A DNA stretch of 64,000 nucleotides from Leptogorgia sarmentosa (taxonomy: Eukaryota), in NCBI GenBank assembly GCA_964658305.1, contig OZ210885.1, positions 12,400,001-12,464,000 of the forward strand. Direction: 5' to 3'. The notes under the pieces were generated by a model. The model was not told the DNA's origin. It ran no database searches and worked only from the letters and a program-made list of their open reading frames with translations. Positions 1 to 13,051 of the stretch are shown here, piece by piece (within the stretch, counting starts at the first letter, position 1; every line of letters begins with the position of its first letter). Made by a program: the position numbers and the translations under genes.

Positions 1-163
1 TTAATGCACACGTATTGAATTGAACTAAATATATAATAGAATTCAATTACAGGAGAATGAATTGAATTACAAGCTTACAACAGAATATGACGGCATTTTA
101 TACCATTTGTTTTTAGTGCAAAGTTTAACTTTGCAGTATTGTGATGAGGGGCGAAAATTCACA

Positions 164-230
164 TCAGCGATTCAGCTATTCAGCTATTCAGCGATTCAGC
201 GATTCAGCGATTCAGCGATTCAGCGATTCA
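164..230. repeat. 8-bp tandem repeat (ATTCAGCG)n
   Basis: About 8 copies of attcagc(g/t) read directly; explains the SAIQRFSD repeats of ORF 62..298. Confidence 0.85.
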
Positions 231-1241
231 TTCATAGTGTAAACTCCGGGGGGAGCGTCCCAAATTCTTCTGATATGCGAAACACCGTAGTTGACTGATA
301 TCCATGGAATGTTTCAACAAAAATGATTCGATTGCAGTTATAAATCATTGCTTATCATTATTTGCAGTTGTTCTCATCGATACGAAGGTTAGTTAGATGA
401 GAAATGTGATCAAAGAAGCGCACATTATACAGTACACAATGGCGGAGGCCCCTCCGGAATTTAAGTTTTTGCAAAAATTGCAACTCAGCACAATTCTGGG
501 GAATGAAATTACACAATATGGCGGACGCTAAGAGTGGGACCGTGAATCAGTAATTCAGTATGATGATAATATAATGTGGCCAACATGTCTGAATACGTTG
601 ATAAAGCAGTTAAAATGTTCTTTATATATCAGCAATGAATCTAGAGATTTGAATTTATTATCATTATTAGTAGAAAACTTGTATTTGGCTCGTCATGCAC
701 AATTTAAAATAGCTAATGTTAACTGCCGCCATGCGTATTATATTAAAACATTTAGTTGGCCGACATTGCCATCGCAATTCGCAAATAGCGGGCAAACTCA
801 GATGTGTAGCACAGTAGAACTCGTCATAACAAGATAGCCATAATTTTGTATCGTATTTAGTTAATATGGTTGTCAAAGCCAACATATTTGCGAGCTTTCG
901 CATTTATAGCTTTCGTGTTTGTTTTCGCCGTCTTCGACTCTTCCCGTCTTCCGGCCTCGCGGTTGTTTGTTTCTACCGGGGATTTACAGAATTTTCGATA
1001 CTAAAAGAACTAAACCATATACAGGCATACAAAAGTAAATTTAACGTTGGCCTGATACTGTGAATAAACTGGACATTTTATTACGACGCAGAAGTATCAG
1101 TACGATGTGTATGTATTTTAAAAAGGTCAGAGGTCAGAGATTTATCTGATTTGCTTTTAACACGCGCGCTGCTGCGACTGCCAGTTGCTTTCTGACAATA
1201 AAATAGTGATTATTTTCAAAATATGATTTTAATGTCTTCTC

Positions 1242-1374
1242 AGGCCCGTTTCAAACGTGGAATTTTGGACGCATCGAATGCAATTCAAACAATGAATAAT
1301 GAGATGACTAACTTCATTATCCATTGTTTCAATTGCATTCGATGCGACCAAAATTCCACGTATGAAACGGGCCT
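1242..1374. mobile_element. Palindromic MITE, PIF/Harbinger-like
   Basis: About 60-bp arms AGGCCCGTTTCA(A/T)ACGTGGAATTTTGG... and its reverse complement; TNA-like flanks (tca/tta). Confidence 0.7.
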
Positions 1375-2554
1375 TAGAAACTTTGCACTATCCTTGGATC
1401 CCTAGTTAACTTATGAAATTATATAGATAAAGTAACAAATGGAAGCCAACATGAATGTTGTTTGTAAAGTAATATTGTTTTAGATATACTGTCCATTGCC
1501 AAGATATATAGCCAAGAGTCGTTTGACATATCTTGTCCATCTTGACTTCAGATCCTCTAATTCCAACAGACAAAATTGATATAGTTTGACCTGTTTTATA
1601 ACTGCTGTGACAAACATTGTGCTGTACTGTTAGAACTTTGTAGGTTAGTTGCTTGAATAAATGTGATAATAATTGAATTTAATCAGTCAATTATCACAGC
1701 TACTCATTGACATGAAAGAGCAGTTAGGCAACAGTTAAGAGCAGTTAAACACAGTTATGTTCCCAAACATAAGTATGAATACATGTGCAAACTAATAATG
1801 ATGTAATGCAGAAATGAAAATTTCCCATTGCTTTACGTGCTACAGTGTACGTACTGTTCAGTACTGTTACACTCTGGTTTTGAGCAATTGCGATGAGTTC
1901 TTAAGATCTTTTATTAAACTTTTCTGCAACTTTACAGTACATGGTATGGATATAGCTACAGTAGGTAGAAATAGCAACTATAAATTGGAGTACTCTAATC
2001 TTTCCTCAGGAAAAAACTTTTCAGACTTTTCAGAAGTTAAACTTCGTTTTAACACTTATAATATCATAGATTTAAGAAATGACTCCAACAAACTTTTAGA
2101 ACTTTGCGACCCAAATTAAACGTTGATTACGTCTGCGTATTTCCTATTTATTTTTTATAAGCGAGAAGGAAGTTTGTTTTGTATAAAATCCAATTAAACA
2201 CGTATTGGGAAATTAACTATTCGAGCAGCTTCAAGAAAGACTACCGTATTTCCTCTATTTAGCCCCTTGGGGGATTATTTACGTTTTCCTGCATTCAGGT
2301 GGCCGCTTGACTGATGAGGGGACTAAATAGATGGTGGGGGCTTAATAAATTTTCACCCAAATTTGGTACCGTAAATATACTAATTCACACAACACATCCA
2401 GAATATCAATTAACTTCATTACGCGTTCATATTTAAAAAATAAAGCAACGAAAGTTTTTTTCCATAAATGTTTTACTTGATTCTCAGCCGAATTAAACCA
2501 AAATGTAATCATCTCTTCCTTGTGCAATGCCAAACAATTGTGCAAGATGTTCAA

Positions 2555-2650
2555 TATTTCTCAAGTTATCGTGTTCACAGACCAACACACATACACACGC
2601 ATACACACAGACAAACCAAGATGATTACATAACCTCCTTGCAGAGGTAAT
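2555..2650 (+). mobile_element. 3' end of a Helentron/DINE-1-like non-autonomous element
   Basis: caagttatcgtgttcacag, then a (CA)-rich microsatellite, then the terminal hairpin acctc-cttgca-gaggt. Confidence 0.45.
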
Positions 2651-3021
2651 GAGCTTTAACATAATAATTATGCAAAACTAACTAGAAGAATGATGTTACT
2701 TTGCACAATTCATTCGTGATCATAACTGCTGTACGCGCCAGACGGTTCGGCCATATTTTGAGTATTTCAAGTTTATCCTGACACATTGGAATTTCTTTTT
2801 TGCGTAAATTTCTCTTCAATATCCTAACGGTATTAACAAAATAAACTTTCTGTATATGGACGACTTCAAAATCCATTGCCTGGACTTGCAGAATGCATAT
2901 ATGAAAATCTCTCCTGCCAACGATCGAGTTATTGAATATATTTAGGATATCATGTACTTTGCTTTCCCTAGTTTTTTTGTGCCAGTTCGACTAAAGTGCA
3001 AAGTTTCTCGTTTAGATTCAG

Positions 3022-3259
3022 GTGAAAACAATCCAATGCTTGTGTCTGCTTCACACGATGGGACAATAAAAATTTGGGATTTAAAAACGTATCAGGAAAT
3101 TCGTACCCTTGACGTTCTTCAATCTTATGTTACCAGTATTGCTGTGAGCGGTGATAAACAGTATATTATCTCTGGAGAACTTAAAGGAAGTGTGAATTTG
3201 TGGTGTTTCCACACTGGAAAGTCTCTTTCCTGTTATGAAGGTCATACCATGGAGATCAG
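3022..3259 (+). CDS. WD40-repeat protein, exon A (first recognised exon; acceptor at 3021 or 3015)
   Basis: LVSASHDGTIKIWD and IISGELKGSVNLW...EGH WD40 motifs; donor ag|gtgggt after 3259, phase 2. Confidence 0.85.
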
Positions 3260-4239
3260 GTGGGTTCACTCTAGGAACTATTTAATTTACCGCTATTTTC
3301 TCGAAAGCATCGTTATATGACAAGGCAACAGCGAAGACCCACTATCTATAACATTAAGCTTAAGGCGCTCCATATTCTGTCTTATCCATTGTGTACGTAT
3401 GTATACATTTAATACAATATTTCCCAGTCAGACTAAGACGTACTGCTCTTGAAATCGGTTTTTGATTACTTGAAAAGATAGCGAGCATGAACTCCATGAA
3501 ATTAATTTTCATCATCCACTTGTTCACAACGCTATAAGAATTTCTATTTATTTCACCATTAGACTAATTGGCTCCCGGTTAGAGTCGTGCTACATACTTT
3601 AAGCTTACTTGCAATGGACGACTTGCGCTTTAGAAAGATTTTAATGAGGGATATACGAAGGACATTTTGTGACGTTATCAAAATTTGAAAAACTAAATGT
3701 TTGGTTGTGAAATGTTGGATAATACAAGGCCCCCATCGAAAAGAACTCACGATTGGGCGCTTGAAAATGCATATTAGTGATTACACTCTAGGCGGGTTTG
3801 GGGAGAGACCTAATAAATCTTGTTGAAGTCTAGATTCCTTCATATATTTCATTTTTCCAAAGAGATCGTTGGCAAAATTCTGGCAAGTTATCGGAGGGGG
3901 TGGAAGGAGGGGTGCAGTAGCCTGCCCGGCCCACTCGCCCACTTCCGAGGTGTTGAATACGGAAAATGCTGAATACGGAAAATATAGCCGTGCGATGTTG
4001 CAGATTGACAGGCGCTGAAACTGATAATTAAAGTAGTTACTAATTCACGTAAATATAAAAAGTATACAAATTTATCAACTTTGAAGGACTGTATTTTCCG
4101 TATTTTGCAACCTTTTGCGATTGAATTTTGCAGTATTACTAATTGGTGAAAGATTTTGTTCACCTTGCTTAGACTAAAATTTAGTCAGGAGCGTATGACA
4201 TCCAATGCAACATTATTTTACCTGTTGTACATCTATCAT

Positions 4240-4386
4240 TACTTACCTTGTGTTGTTGTTTTCGTTGATATCAACGTACCGTACTGAACTCCACAATATG
4301 TCTATAGGGCTCCCACTGATAACAGCAATTTTTATTACTGACGGGACTACCTTGTGTAAATAAAGGTTTTATCTATCTATCTATCT
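4240..4386 (+). mobile_element. 3' tail of a non-LTR retroelement (LINE/SINE) remnant
   Basis: aaataaag followed by an (ATCT)n tail; left boundary approximate. Confidence 0.4.
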
Positions 4387-4640
4387 TCTTAATTGTTGTC
4401 GACATAGTAATAGAACGATTTTTGCTAAAGATAAAGTGACCATAGATGTAGTTTTCATTTGCATTAACATTTGATGAATACGACATATTTCCCTGATCAT
4501 GTATGAATAAATTATACAGTATATTTTGATTATATGGGTTTCTTAAACAATCAATAGTCTGACAGAGATCGCCTTTGCCTTTTTTCGGTAGAAAAAATTA
4601 TTATTAGAAATGAACAATCAATTAACTTGTAATATTTCAA

Positions 4641-4873
4641 CGGTGTTGCAATAATTCCCAAAGAAAAGAAGGCATTGACAGCGTCATGGGATGGAAGTAT
4701 CAGGGTTTGGAACCTGGGAACTGCTGCGTACATGGAACAAAATAGTCTCTCTGATCATTCAAATGACGTCACATATATTACAATCACTCGTGATGAGTCT
4801 AGATGTGTTTGCGCATCCAAAGATGGAACTTTCAAAGTTTGGAATCTTCACACACAGTGCTTTTCTGTCACAG
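4641..4873 (+). CDS. WD40-repeat protein, exon B
   Basis: Joins exon A in phase to give EGHTMEISGVAIIPKEKKALTASWDGSIRVW; also DHSNDVT...CASKDGTFKVW; donor cag|gtatag; acceptor reads AA, not AG. Confidence 0.85.
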
Positions 4874-6867
4874 GTATAGTTCAAATTGTCTATTTGGGCC
4901 AGCTTTCTTATAAATAGGTTGCGGACGATCTCGTTTTCATTTCATTTCAGTAAATTCATTTTCATTTTACTAAATTCATACGAACCTAGCCTCAACCTTG
5001 TTAATTTTTGGGCTTCAAGTACTGCACCATGTTCAAAAACTACTATTTTTGCGTAGAACAAATTTACCTGGAAATTCAAATCTTGTAGATACTCGTGTAT
5101 AATAAGCAAATCGGAATAGTTAATGAGAAACGTTCTTGTCTGCGCAACGCTCTGCACTGATATGAAGACAGAAAACCGGTGGTAAAGTACAGTTGAATGC
5201 ATAGCCTTATTATTATATTTTGATATTTCGCTCGTGTTGTGTTTGTCATTGTCGTCTGTGTGTACCAAATATTCCGTATTTCTACACTATTCCTTTTATT
5301 CATATAATATACAAATTACTTCATGCGCAGTTGGCTCGTTTGTTCGAATTTTATTATTTGCGAATCGTACACATCTCTATTTACATCATTGACGAAAGGG
5401 AAATGTTTTATGAGATTTGGCGATTGTCTACTTATACACTTTGCATTAGAAAATTCGTACAGTTCCTCTCGTTTACAGAAAGACAATTCATAGAGATTGC
5501 CAACTTTACGGTTGGCGAGTGCATGCGATTTTTATTTACCAATTGTGATGGATTGCTAAATAAACGAGTGAGCGCAGTGAACGAGTGAGCTTACCGATCA
5601 CAACGAGTGAATAATAACGGTACAAACGAGCAACTGTGAAGTTATTTGTTTATCACAGGCGTATAAAGAAGAGTGTAGAGATACGGAATATTTGAAACTG
5701 ACAGACAACGATCACAAACACAACGCCAGCAAAATATCAAGATATAAAATTTCTCACTACTTATTGCAACGGTGCTTTTTGCCTTGAACGGTGGATAGAT
5801 GCACACTCATTTCTCTTCTGGTTTGAAATATGTCAATACGAAGTCTTGAAATGGATTTAATGTGAAGTTACAGGGTTCCACATAAAGCGTATCACGCGGT
5901 TGTTGTGCAGTTTCAGCGTGCGTTTCCAGTCCATTCTTTTGATAGTTTATGGTCTAGTCCATTAGAATAAGGTTCAATATGCGACCACACTCTAAATTCC
6001 GAAGTGTTCAGCGAACACTAAATAAGTGTAAATTTGCACAATTTTGGTGTGGCTAAATGGGTGAGAGGGCGCGAATATTCCTATATCGTGTTTTGCATTG
6101 ATTAATTTCTGTGGAAGTCCCTCCTATTATCGGTAATAAAATTATCGGTAATAAAATTTTATTAAATTTATATATATTTAAAATATTGACAAATGGTCCA
6201 GCATGTGGGAACAATAATATTATATATTACATTACAATATATATTTGCATCTTAACTTTCACAATCCGCTAAATCGTAACGCATTCTAATGTACTTTCTC
6301 ACAATTCCACCAGTTCTTACATTATAAATATCTAAAGGATGGTAGTCTAGTAGTTCATCGTAATTTATTGCTACAAAGTTATTTATCAATGCAACCTCAT
6401 ATGAATGGAGGTGCTTGCGATAGCTCAATGTGTGCATTTTTTTACAAGTGAAAAATACATCTCCATTTGTGATGATGAAAATATCTTCTATGATAAAAAA
6501 ATGGCAATATCGAATGCTGGTAGACAACTGCTGTGTAGGTTCCGGATATAATAACATCAACAAGCAACAAAAGTTCTACTTACTACCTAAACGTTAGAAA
6601 ACAAATTCACTGCCTATCGTTCAGTTGGTGAGTAGAACTTTTGCTGCTGGTTTAAGTATCAAGTTATATTAGATACAGTATTTAATCCACTACTCGAGAT
6701 TTTTCTTTTCATTGTATATGAATCCTTAAATAGCAAAGATTTTTACATTAATTTTAATAACGCGTCCAACTTGATCATGCACAACCTATTTGTGACTGTT
6801 ACAGAAAATATCCTTTTAATGTTTGCTTCAATTTCTGAATTGATTATTTTTCCTTCCTGATCAATAG

Positions 6868-6968
6868 GTGACCTTGAATGGGCAAAACATGTTGCAGTCT
6901 CTGCTGATGATGAATATGTCGTGTCGCTGTCAAAGGATGCGGACTTCTCAAGGAAGTCCTCGATAAAG
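6868..6968 (+). CDS. WD40-repeat protein, exon C
   Basis: tag|...aag|gtgtag; GDLEWAKHVAVSADDEYVVSLSKDADFSRKSSIK; phase matches exons B and D; not in the ORF track. Confidence 0.8.
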
Positions 6969-9225
6969 GTGTAGTACACAAGGCTACTAGTCATACTGTA
7001 CATTTAAAAATACAAAACAATAGAAACGTCCAAACACAAGAATTTTTTTGAATTGTTTGTCCCACGTTTCGACTCGGCGTATTCATTATTAGGAATGTAT
7101 ACAATTTTTACAAAACATGGGTACATATACTTGTGAAATGCATTAATAATTATGAAGAAAACAAAGAGGAAATCATCAGCGTGCAGGTGTCAGTATAATG
7201 TAATACACAGATTTCGGTTGATTGGCATAAACTATAACTTTGATTTTCTGATGCTATATCAGATGTGTTCTTAAACTGGCTTAAACTGCGCGACATCTGT
7301 GTTTTGCGCTTTGTTTTGAAACCTGTAACTTCACATTTAATCCATTCCAGGACTTCGTACTGACATATTTTAAACCGCGGATCCGAAAGAAATGTACATT
7401 TACATATAATACATAATAAGAAAACATAAGAATGACTGTTTGAAGTAAGTTATATTTTAATATTAAAAATAGTCTTAGTAAAATTGTATATCAGTATATG
7501 GATACGAGCATTGAAGCATTGGCTTTTAATTTCATAAACAGCTTTAAATTTCGACAGATTCAGTAAGTTACTAATTTACCATGTGTTATGGATTCTCATG
7601 CATGATTTAAGACAAACTATACATCAACTTCATTCAGACCTATATGATGACGGTTTCAGGTTAAGTATGAATATGTTACCAGTGTAGGTAGCAGATGGCA
7701 ACATTAACAACAAATAAAGTTCTTCTCAATACATAGACGGGATACAAACGGATTGGACGTTTCCAGCAAAAGGGCCCTCGTCGGGAATTAGTTTAACACA
7801 ATTTTCGATCCCAGCGAAGGGCCTTGCTCGAAACGTAAAATCTGTTTATGTTATTTAGGTAGTGAGTAGACTCTTTGCTGCCTGTTAATAAAGCCACTAT
7901 CAACACAACTGAGTACTATAAATACAACTTTTATTTCTATTGTAGTTAGAAAATTTGGAACCAAATTAACCCGATCGTAAAATATCCCCATTACTAAAAT
8001 CCCCACCATGCAATTTGTCGTCTATACGGCAAAGATACTTACTATCTATTTTGTGTTGCTGAAAGACCAAGCAACAACTTACTGAATATTAATGCTGAAG
8101 TTCTGTCGTGTACGACTTTACCTATTCGTGATGCGACACAAGATATAATTTTATATTGTTCAAGATCGGTATCTATAGTTATGTATAATTGACATTTGAT
8201 ATAGTCCAATTAATATGAAGCTCGAGATAATCCTGTATGCGTAACTAGTAATACCTGTCAACTGGTGAAAGAAATCAAATTTCAACTCCCCCGCTCGTGT
8301 AATGGAGGAAGTCTCATGCAGTAACAATTTATAACGTTCCTTTAACGAGATGATTGTTCACATGTAAGATTGCGCTATCCACTGATTAACTACATTAGTG
8401 AACACACCAATTCCCGAGGAAGGACGTTTCATCGAAACGTTAAATCTGTTTCTATCGTTTAGGTAGTGAGCAAGACTGTTGCTCTTTGTTGAATTTCCAG
8501 TAAAACAACCCGTTAAAACTCTGACGAGAATAAAACTTAAATATTTTGAAGTTGAACATACCTTTTATCAATTGCCTGCTCCGTATCTGCGATTTTATAG
8601 CTTTCCGAACATTTAATTTGACAATGGTTGAAACTTGAAATATTTGGTAACAAGTAAATAGCCCTTACTGAATTTTCCACAATTTGCATGACCGCTTCAT
8701 TATTCGTATAATGAAAAATGCCAATAGACTCCTGAACTCAAGCAAACCAGTCAAACTTTCCACCAGTAGCTTTATTCACGCGGTTGTATACATGCAGTTA
8801 AACTGTTAAATGCATACATAAAATATGAAGACATACATTCAACGAAATCATTACCAAGATTATGTTACTAGAAAAGTGTTAGAGTGATGGAAATTATTTT
8901 TATTTATTCCAAACTCCAAGCCTAATTCCTAACGTCGCAGTTGGTACTGTATCTTAGAAAGCTGACCCGCAGTAAGATGAGATTTCTGGAGGCCCTCCCC
9001 ACTCATATGAAGTCAATGAAGTCGTGAATTTGTTACCTTTCTTCGATCCATTGCTATTCAAGTTATGCGTTGAAACAAGACAACTTTTTAAATAAAGGGT
9101 GTAAAATATCTCACTAATAGTCGCTCGTAATACAAAGCAGTACAACTGTAAATGTTGTTCGTTAAGGTGGCTTTCGGGGACTTTTACGCGAATTCTTTTC
9201 ATAAAATGGCAAAACTTAATTGCTG

Positions 9226-9502
9226 TTCGAGCCCTTTAACCCACTGATCTCGAAGTACTGAATTTATCATCCTGTTCAATTCAGTAATAATTTTGAAGTT
9301 AGAAAATTTGTAATGAGATGAAATACTAAAATGAATGAAATCGATCAAACATCGAAAAAAAGTTAGCAGATTCGAGCCCTTCAACCCACTGATCTCGAAG
9401 TAGCTACTGAATTTATCATCCTGTTCAATTCAGTCAATAATTTTGAAGTTAGAAAATTTGTAATGAGATGAAATACTAAAACGAGTGAAATCGATCAAAC
9501 AT
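9226..9502. repeat. Tandem duplication of a ~130-145-bp unit
   Basis: ttcgagccctt...gaaatcgatcaaacat occurs at about 9226-9352 and 9371-9502. Confidence 0.85.
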
Positions 9503-9869
9503 GCATGGTCGCATCACGGCCAAATTTAAAGGAAAAAGATGCCATTTTTGGAGGAAATTTATTCAGACCAATATGGCCGCCATTGGTTTATTTATGCATT
9601 ACAGAAGCTTTGTCCAGTCATATTATTGCTCAGTGTACGTATATTTTGGAAAATAAAACGCAAAATCTAATTGGAAGGACAGGAACGTATTAACTAACTT
9701 TTTATGCTCTATCTACATCTTTGAAAACTGACTTCCAGTAATAGCTTTGAGTAGCACGCATAATAATTTTAAGTAACGAAACCTATTCTGTTTGTTAGTT
9801 ATTATATTCACAATTAGTTTTGATAAAAAATATAGTCACAAGATTTAGGCGCGTGTTGCGCTTCATACA

Positions 9870-9872
<3 letters not shown>

Positions 9873-9928
<56 letters not shown>
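9873..9928. repeat. (TA)n microsatellite abutting the Penelope inverted arm
   Basis: Direct reading. Confidence 0.95.
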
Positions 9929-9933
<5 letters not shown>

Positions 9934-9950
9934 TAAAGGTAAAATTAGCT

Positions 9951-9994
9951 GTCGCTACTCAGAGTTTCACGCGGAAACGCGATCATCAGGCAAC
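9951..9994 (-). ncRNA. Minimal type I hammerhead ribozyme (inverted copy)
   Basis: Reverse complement of 14841-14884. Confidence 0.75.
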
Positions 9995-10292
9995 TGACAG
10001 GTCTGACCTAAATATACTCTATTTACATTGGCGTTGTATAGTTGCTTATGAGGTATCGTGTTACATGTCGGCATTTGCTAAAAAGTTCTGTGCGTTTGTT
10101 CAATAAATTATTGTTTCTGTTCTTAAGTATACAGAGTTTTTCCTCTAACTCGCAGATTCCTACTAACTCGCAGATTTCAGCGCCGTCATAACTGCCCATT
10201 GTAACGTCGAACGAACTTGACGAGTTTCGTTTTGTCCATGCTTGCACTGCAAAAAATCCCTGAGTATTTTGACTCAAATTTCTGAGTAAAAC

Positions 10293-11090
10293 GATGCACC
10301 CACAGTGACCCAAATTGTTGAGTAAAATTTACTCAAAATAAGAGTACTTGTACTCAAAATGTTGAGTAAAATTGACTCAAGTAAGATGCACCCACAGTGA
10401 CTCAACATCTTGAGTAAAACTACAATTTACTCCAACTTATGAGTAATTTTACTCAAAATGTTGAGTAAAATTGACTCAAGTAAGATGCACCCACAGTGAC
10501 TCAACATCTTGAGTAAAACTACAATTTACTCGAACTTATGAGTAATTTTACTCAAAATGTTGAGTAAAATTGACTCAAGTAAGATGCACCCACAGTGACT
10601 CAACATCTTGAGTAAAACTACAATTTACTCGAACTTATGAGTAATTCTGACTCATAGTTTTGAGTAAAATTGACTCAAGTAAGATGCACCCACAGTGACT
10701 CAACATCTTGAGTAAAACTACAATTTACTCGAACTTATGAGTAATTTTACTCAAAATGTTGAGTAAAATTGACTCAAGTAAGATGCACCCACAGTGACTC
10801 AACATCCTGAGTAAAATGAAAATTGACTCAAATTTATGAGTAATTCTCACTCAAAATGTTGAGTAAAATTGACTCACGCAAAATGCACCCACAGTGACTC
10901 AACATCCTGAGTAAAATGAAAATTGACTCAAATTTATGAGTAATTCTCACTCAAAATGTTGAGTAAAATTGACTCACGCAAAATGCACCCACAGTGACTC
11001 AACATCCTGAGTAAAATGAAAATTGACTCAAATTTATGAGTAATTCTCACTCAAAATGTTGAGTAAAATTATACCTTACTCAAACTCACG
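10293..11090. repeat. Left subterminal array, ~99-100-bp unit, about 8 copies
   Basis: (g/a)atgcacccacagtgac recurs at about 10293, 10385, 10484, 10583, 10683, 10782, 10882, 10982; built from TGAGTAAA/T(T/G)ACTCA half-sites. Confidence 0.9.
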
Positions 11091-11238
11091 AGTAATTCTA
11101 CCCAGAAAGTACAGTTAATCTGACTCACAGAAAACGCACCAGGAAAATCAAAATTTTACTCACTTATACTGATCAATTTCCTTCCTAAAAGTCATCCAGT
11201 ACAAGTACCAGTCCAACAGTCATTTGTAATACAAACCT

Positions 11239-12538
11239 TTAATCCATATCGTTAAGAAAATTTACAATTGCTGCAGGACGTTTTTTCCCATCCTGTATAT
11301 TTAACACGCATTTTTGCAAATATAAATAAAAGTTGTCCAATATTTGAGGATACTCAAACATAAATACGTAATACGTTTCCAGCAGTGCTAAAGTTGCTTT
11401 GACGATTCCACACCTTCCACCGAGAACAACACTGTGCGTTCTCCCGCAATGACAACTCGTTCGGGTGTTCGGCAGTCACCTTTGATAAAAATTTTTGGGT
11501 AATCTTTCCGATCACCTTCGACGATTTCCTCAACCGTGGATTCCTCCTAAAATGCAAAATATAGGTGCAGAGATTGAGTTATGTGTAGATTTATCACGAA
11601 TGCGGAGTTGTTTGCAACAAATCACATGCATATGTGATATGAAAACATATAGTAAAATGTCCTATACTAAGATATTTATTTCAGGACTGTCTGTTTACTT
11701 TGCATGTATACTGTTATTACATGCAGAATGTTAAGTTAATCCCTGAATTGCATGGTGAAGTACACTATCAAGCAAATGCATATTATACTGTTACATGCAG
11801 TGCATGTATATCAGTTTAACTCTTTGAACTGTTCACAAGCGTCATTAACAGCTCTGTATCACACTTGGAAGGGAATTTTTCTAAACATCTCCTCGCAAAA
11901 GGTCTGTACTTGCAACGGCTATAAATCCTTGAAACGATAATATCAACAGAGTAAATAACATTTTTAACTTAAGGTGTGTGTGTACCATCGACTGCTTCCA
12001 GGGCAATATGACTGTGTTGTGATTGTTGTTCCTCAAGAGTCTGAGCTTTCTTCTTTGCTTTATTGATAAGACATGCCTTACTAAAGTCAATAAGTATTGG
12101 GCAACACAAACGCGAGCAGATTACAAGTAATATGTCGATATATGGTGTCGCACTTTATGTCATTATTAAGAATTTCTTTGTTATGCAGGTAATTTATAGC
12201 ATCAGCTAGTTGAGAGATTACTAGCAACCACTGCTCATGGTGTTTAGTGACATCAAACCCCTTTGATTATACCGCTTATACGGTATTTCGGCTAGCACAC
12301 AGTCACAATTGCAAATTCCGTTTTCACAAATAAACAAAGCAGAACGTATTTCAAAAACACAAACCTATAACTAGGCTTAAAACATGAATACTCGGCACTG
12401 TTAATCGGCAGATATATAGACAAACGTGCTTCGCCTTAAGTAGCGCATTAATACATTATTCCACAATAACTTACCAAGGAATCTGTCACGATATTCTTCA
12501 AAACCATTTTTCTTCAAACATTCCTGGACCTGCTCCAT
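11239..12538 (-). pseudogene. Decayed SAM-domain/SAMD3-like accessory gene inside the EnSpm-type element
   Basis: First exon 12538-12475 MEQVQECLKKNGFEEYRDRFL|gtaag (SAM-like start); last exon 11546-11239 ...ATLALLETYYVFMFEYPQILDNFYLYLQKCVLNIQDGKK...* with one frameshift near 11410; middle exons not resolved. Confidence 0.6.
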
Positions 12539-12760
12539 AATAGCGAGATTTAAAAAAGCTTAACTTTCGGTAGTATAAGCGGGTCTTCGACCACAAGAAA
12601 CTTTGCTCTGAACACGAAGCAGGATACACGTGTAGGATTCCAGGTGCCGAATAGACAATTATGTGACTCAACGGTATCCCTTTGGGACTCACTGATTGGT
12701 TCATGTTGGCAGTTATGCAAATTTTTACGTATATGCAACGATGACAATCTTCATATCATA

Positions 12761-13051
12761 AGTAGCTGTGAGTAAAGTTACTCATGTCATGCGCAGCTGT
12801 GAGTAAAGTTACTCATGTCATGGTACCTGTGAGTAAAGTTACTCATGTCATGCGCAGCTGTGAGTAAAGTTACTCATGTCATGGTAGTTGTGAGTAAAGT
12901 TACTCATGTCGTGGTAGCTGTGAGTAAAGTTACTCATGTCATGGTAGCTGTGAGTGAACTTACTCATGTCATGAGTAGCTGTGAGTAAAGTTACTCATGT
13001 CATGCGTAGCTGTGAGTAAAGTTACTCATGTCGTGGATATTTGTGAGTAAC
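12761..13051. repeat. Right subterminal array, 30-31-bp unit, about 10 copies
   Basis: gctgtgagtaaagttactcatgtcat unit with internal palindrome TGAGTAA-AG-TTACTCA. Confidence 0.9.

Noticed and set aside
10023..10313. 96-aa ORF as a separate gene
   Set aside because: Chimera of the EnSpm TIR and two Penelope segments in the inverted arm.
10293..11090. Independent satellite or CRISPR
   Set aside because: The whole ~100-bp unit repeats, and it lies within the TIR/TSD-bounded element.
12761..13051. CRISPR-like array of ~30-bp palindromic repeats
   Set aside because: Units are head-to-tail with only a few variable bases and no unique spacers or cas genes; they are subterminal repeats of a TIR element in eukaryotic DNA.
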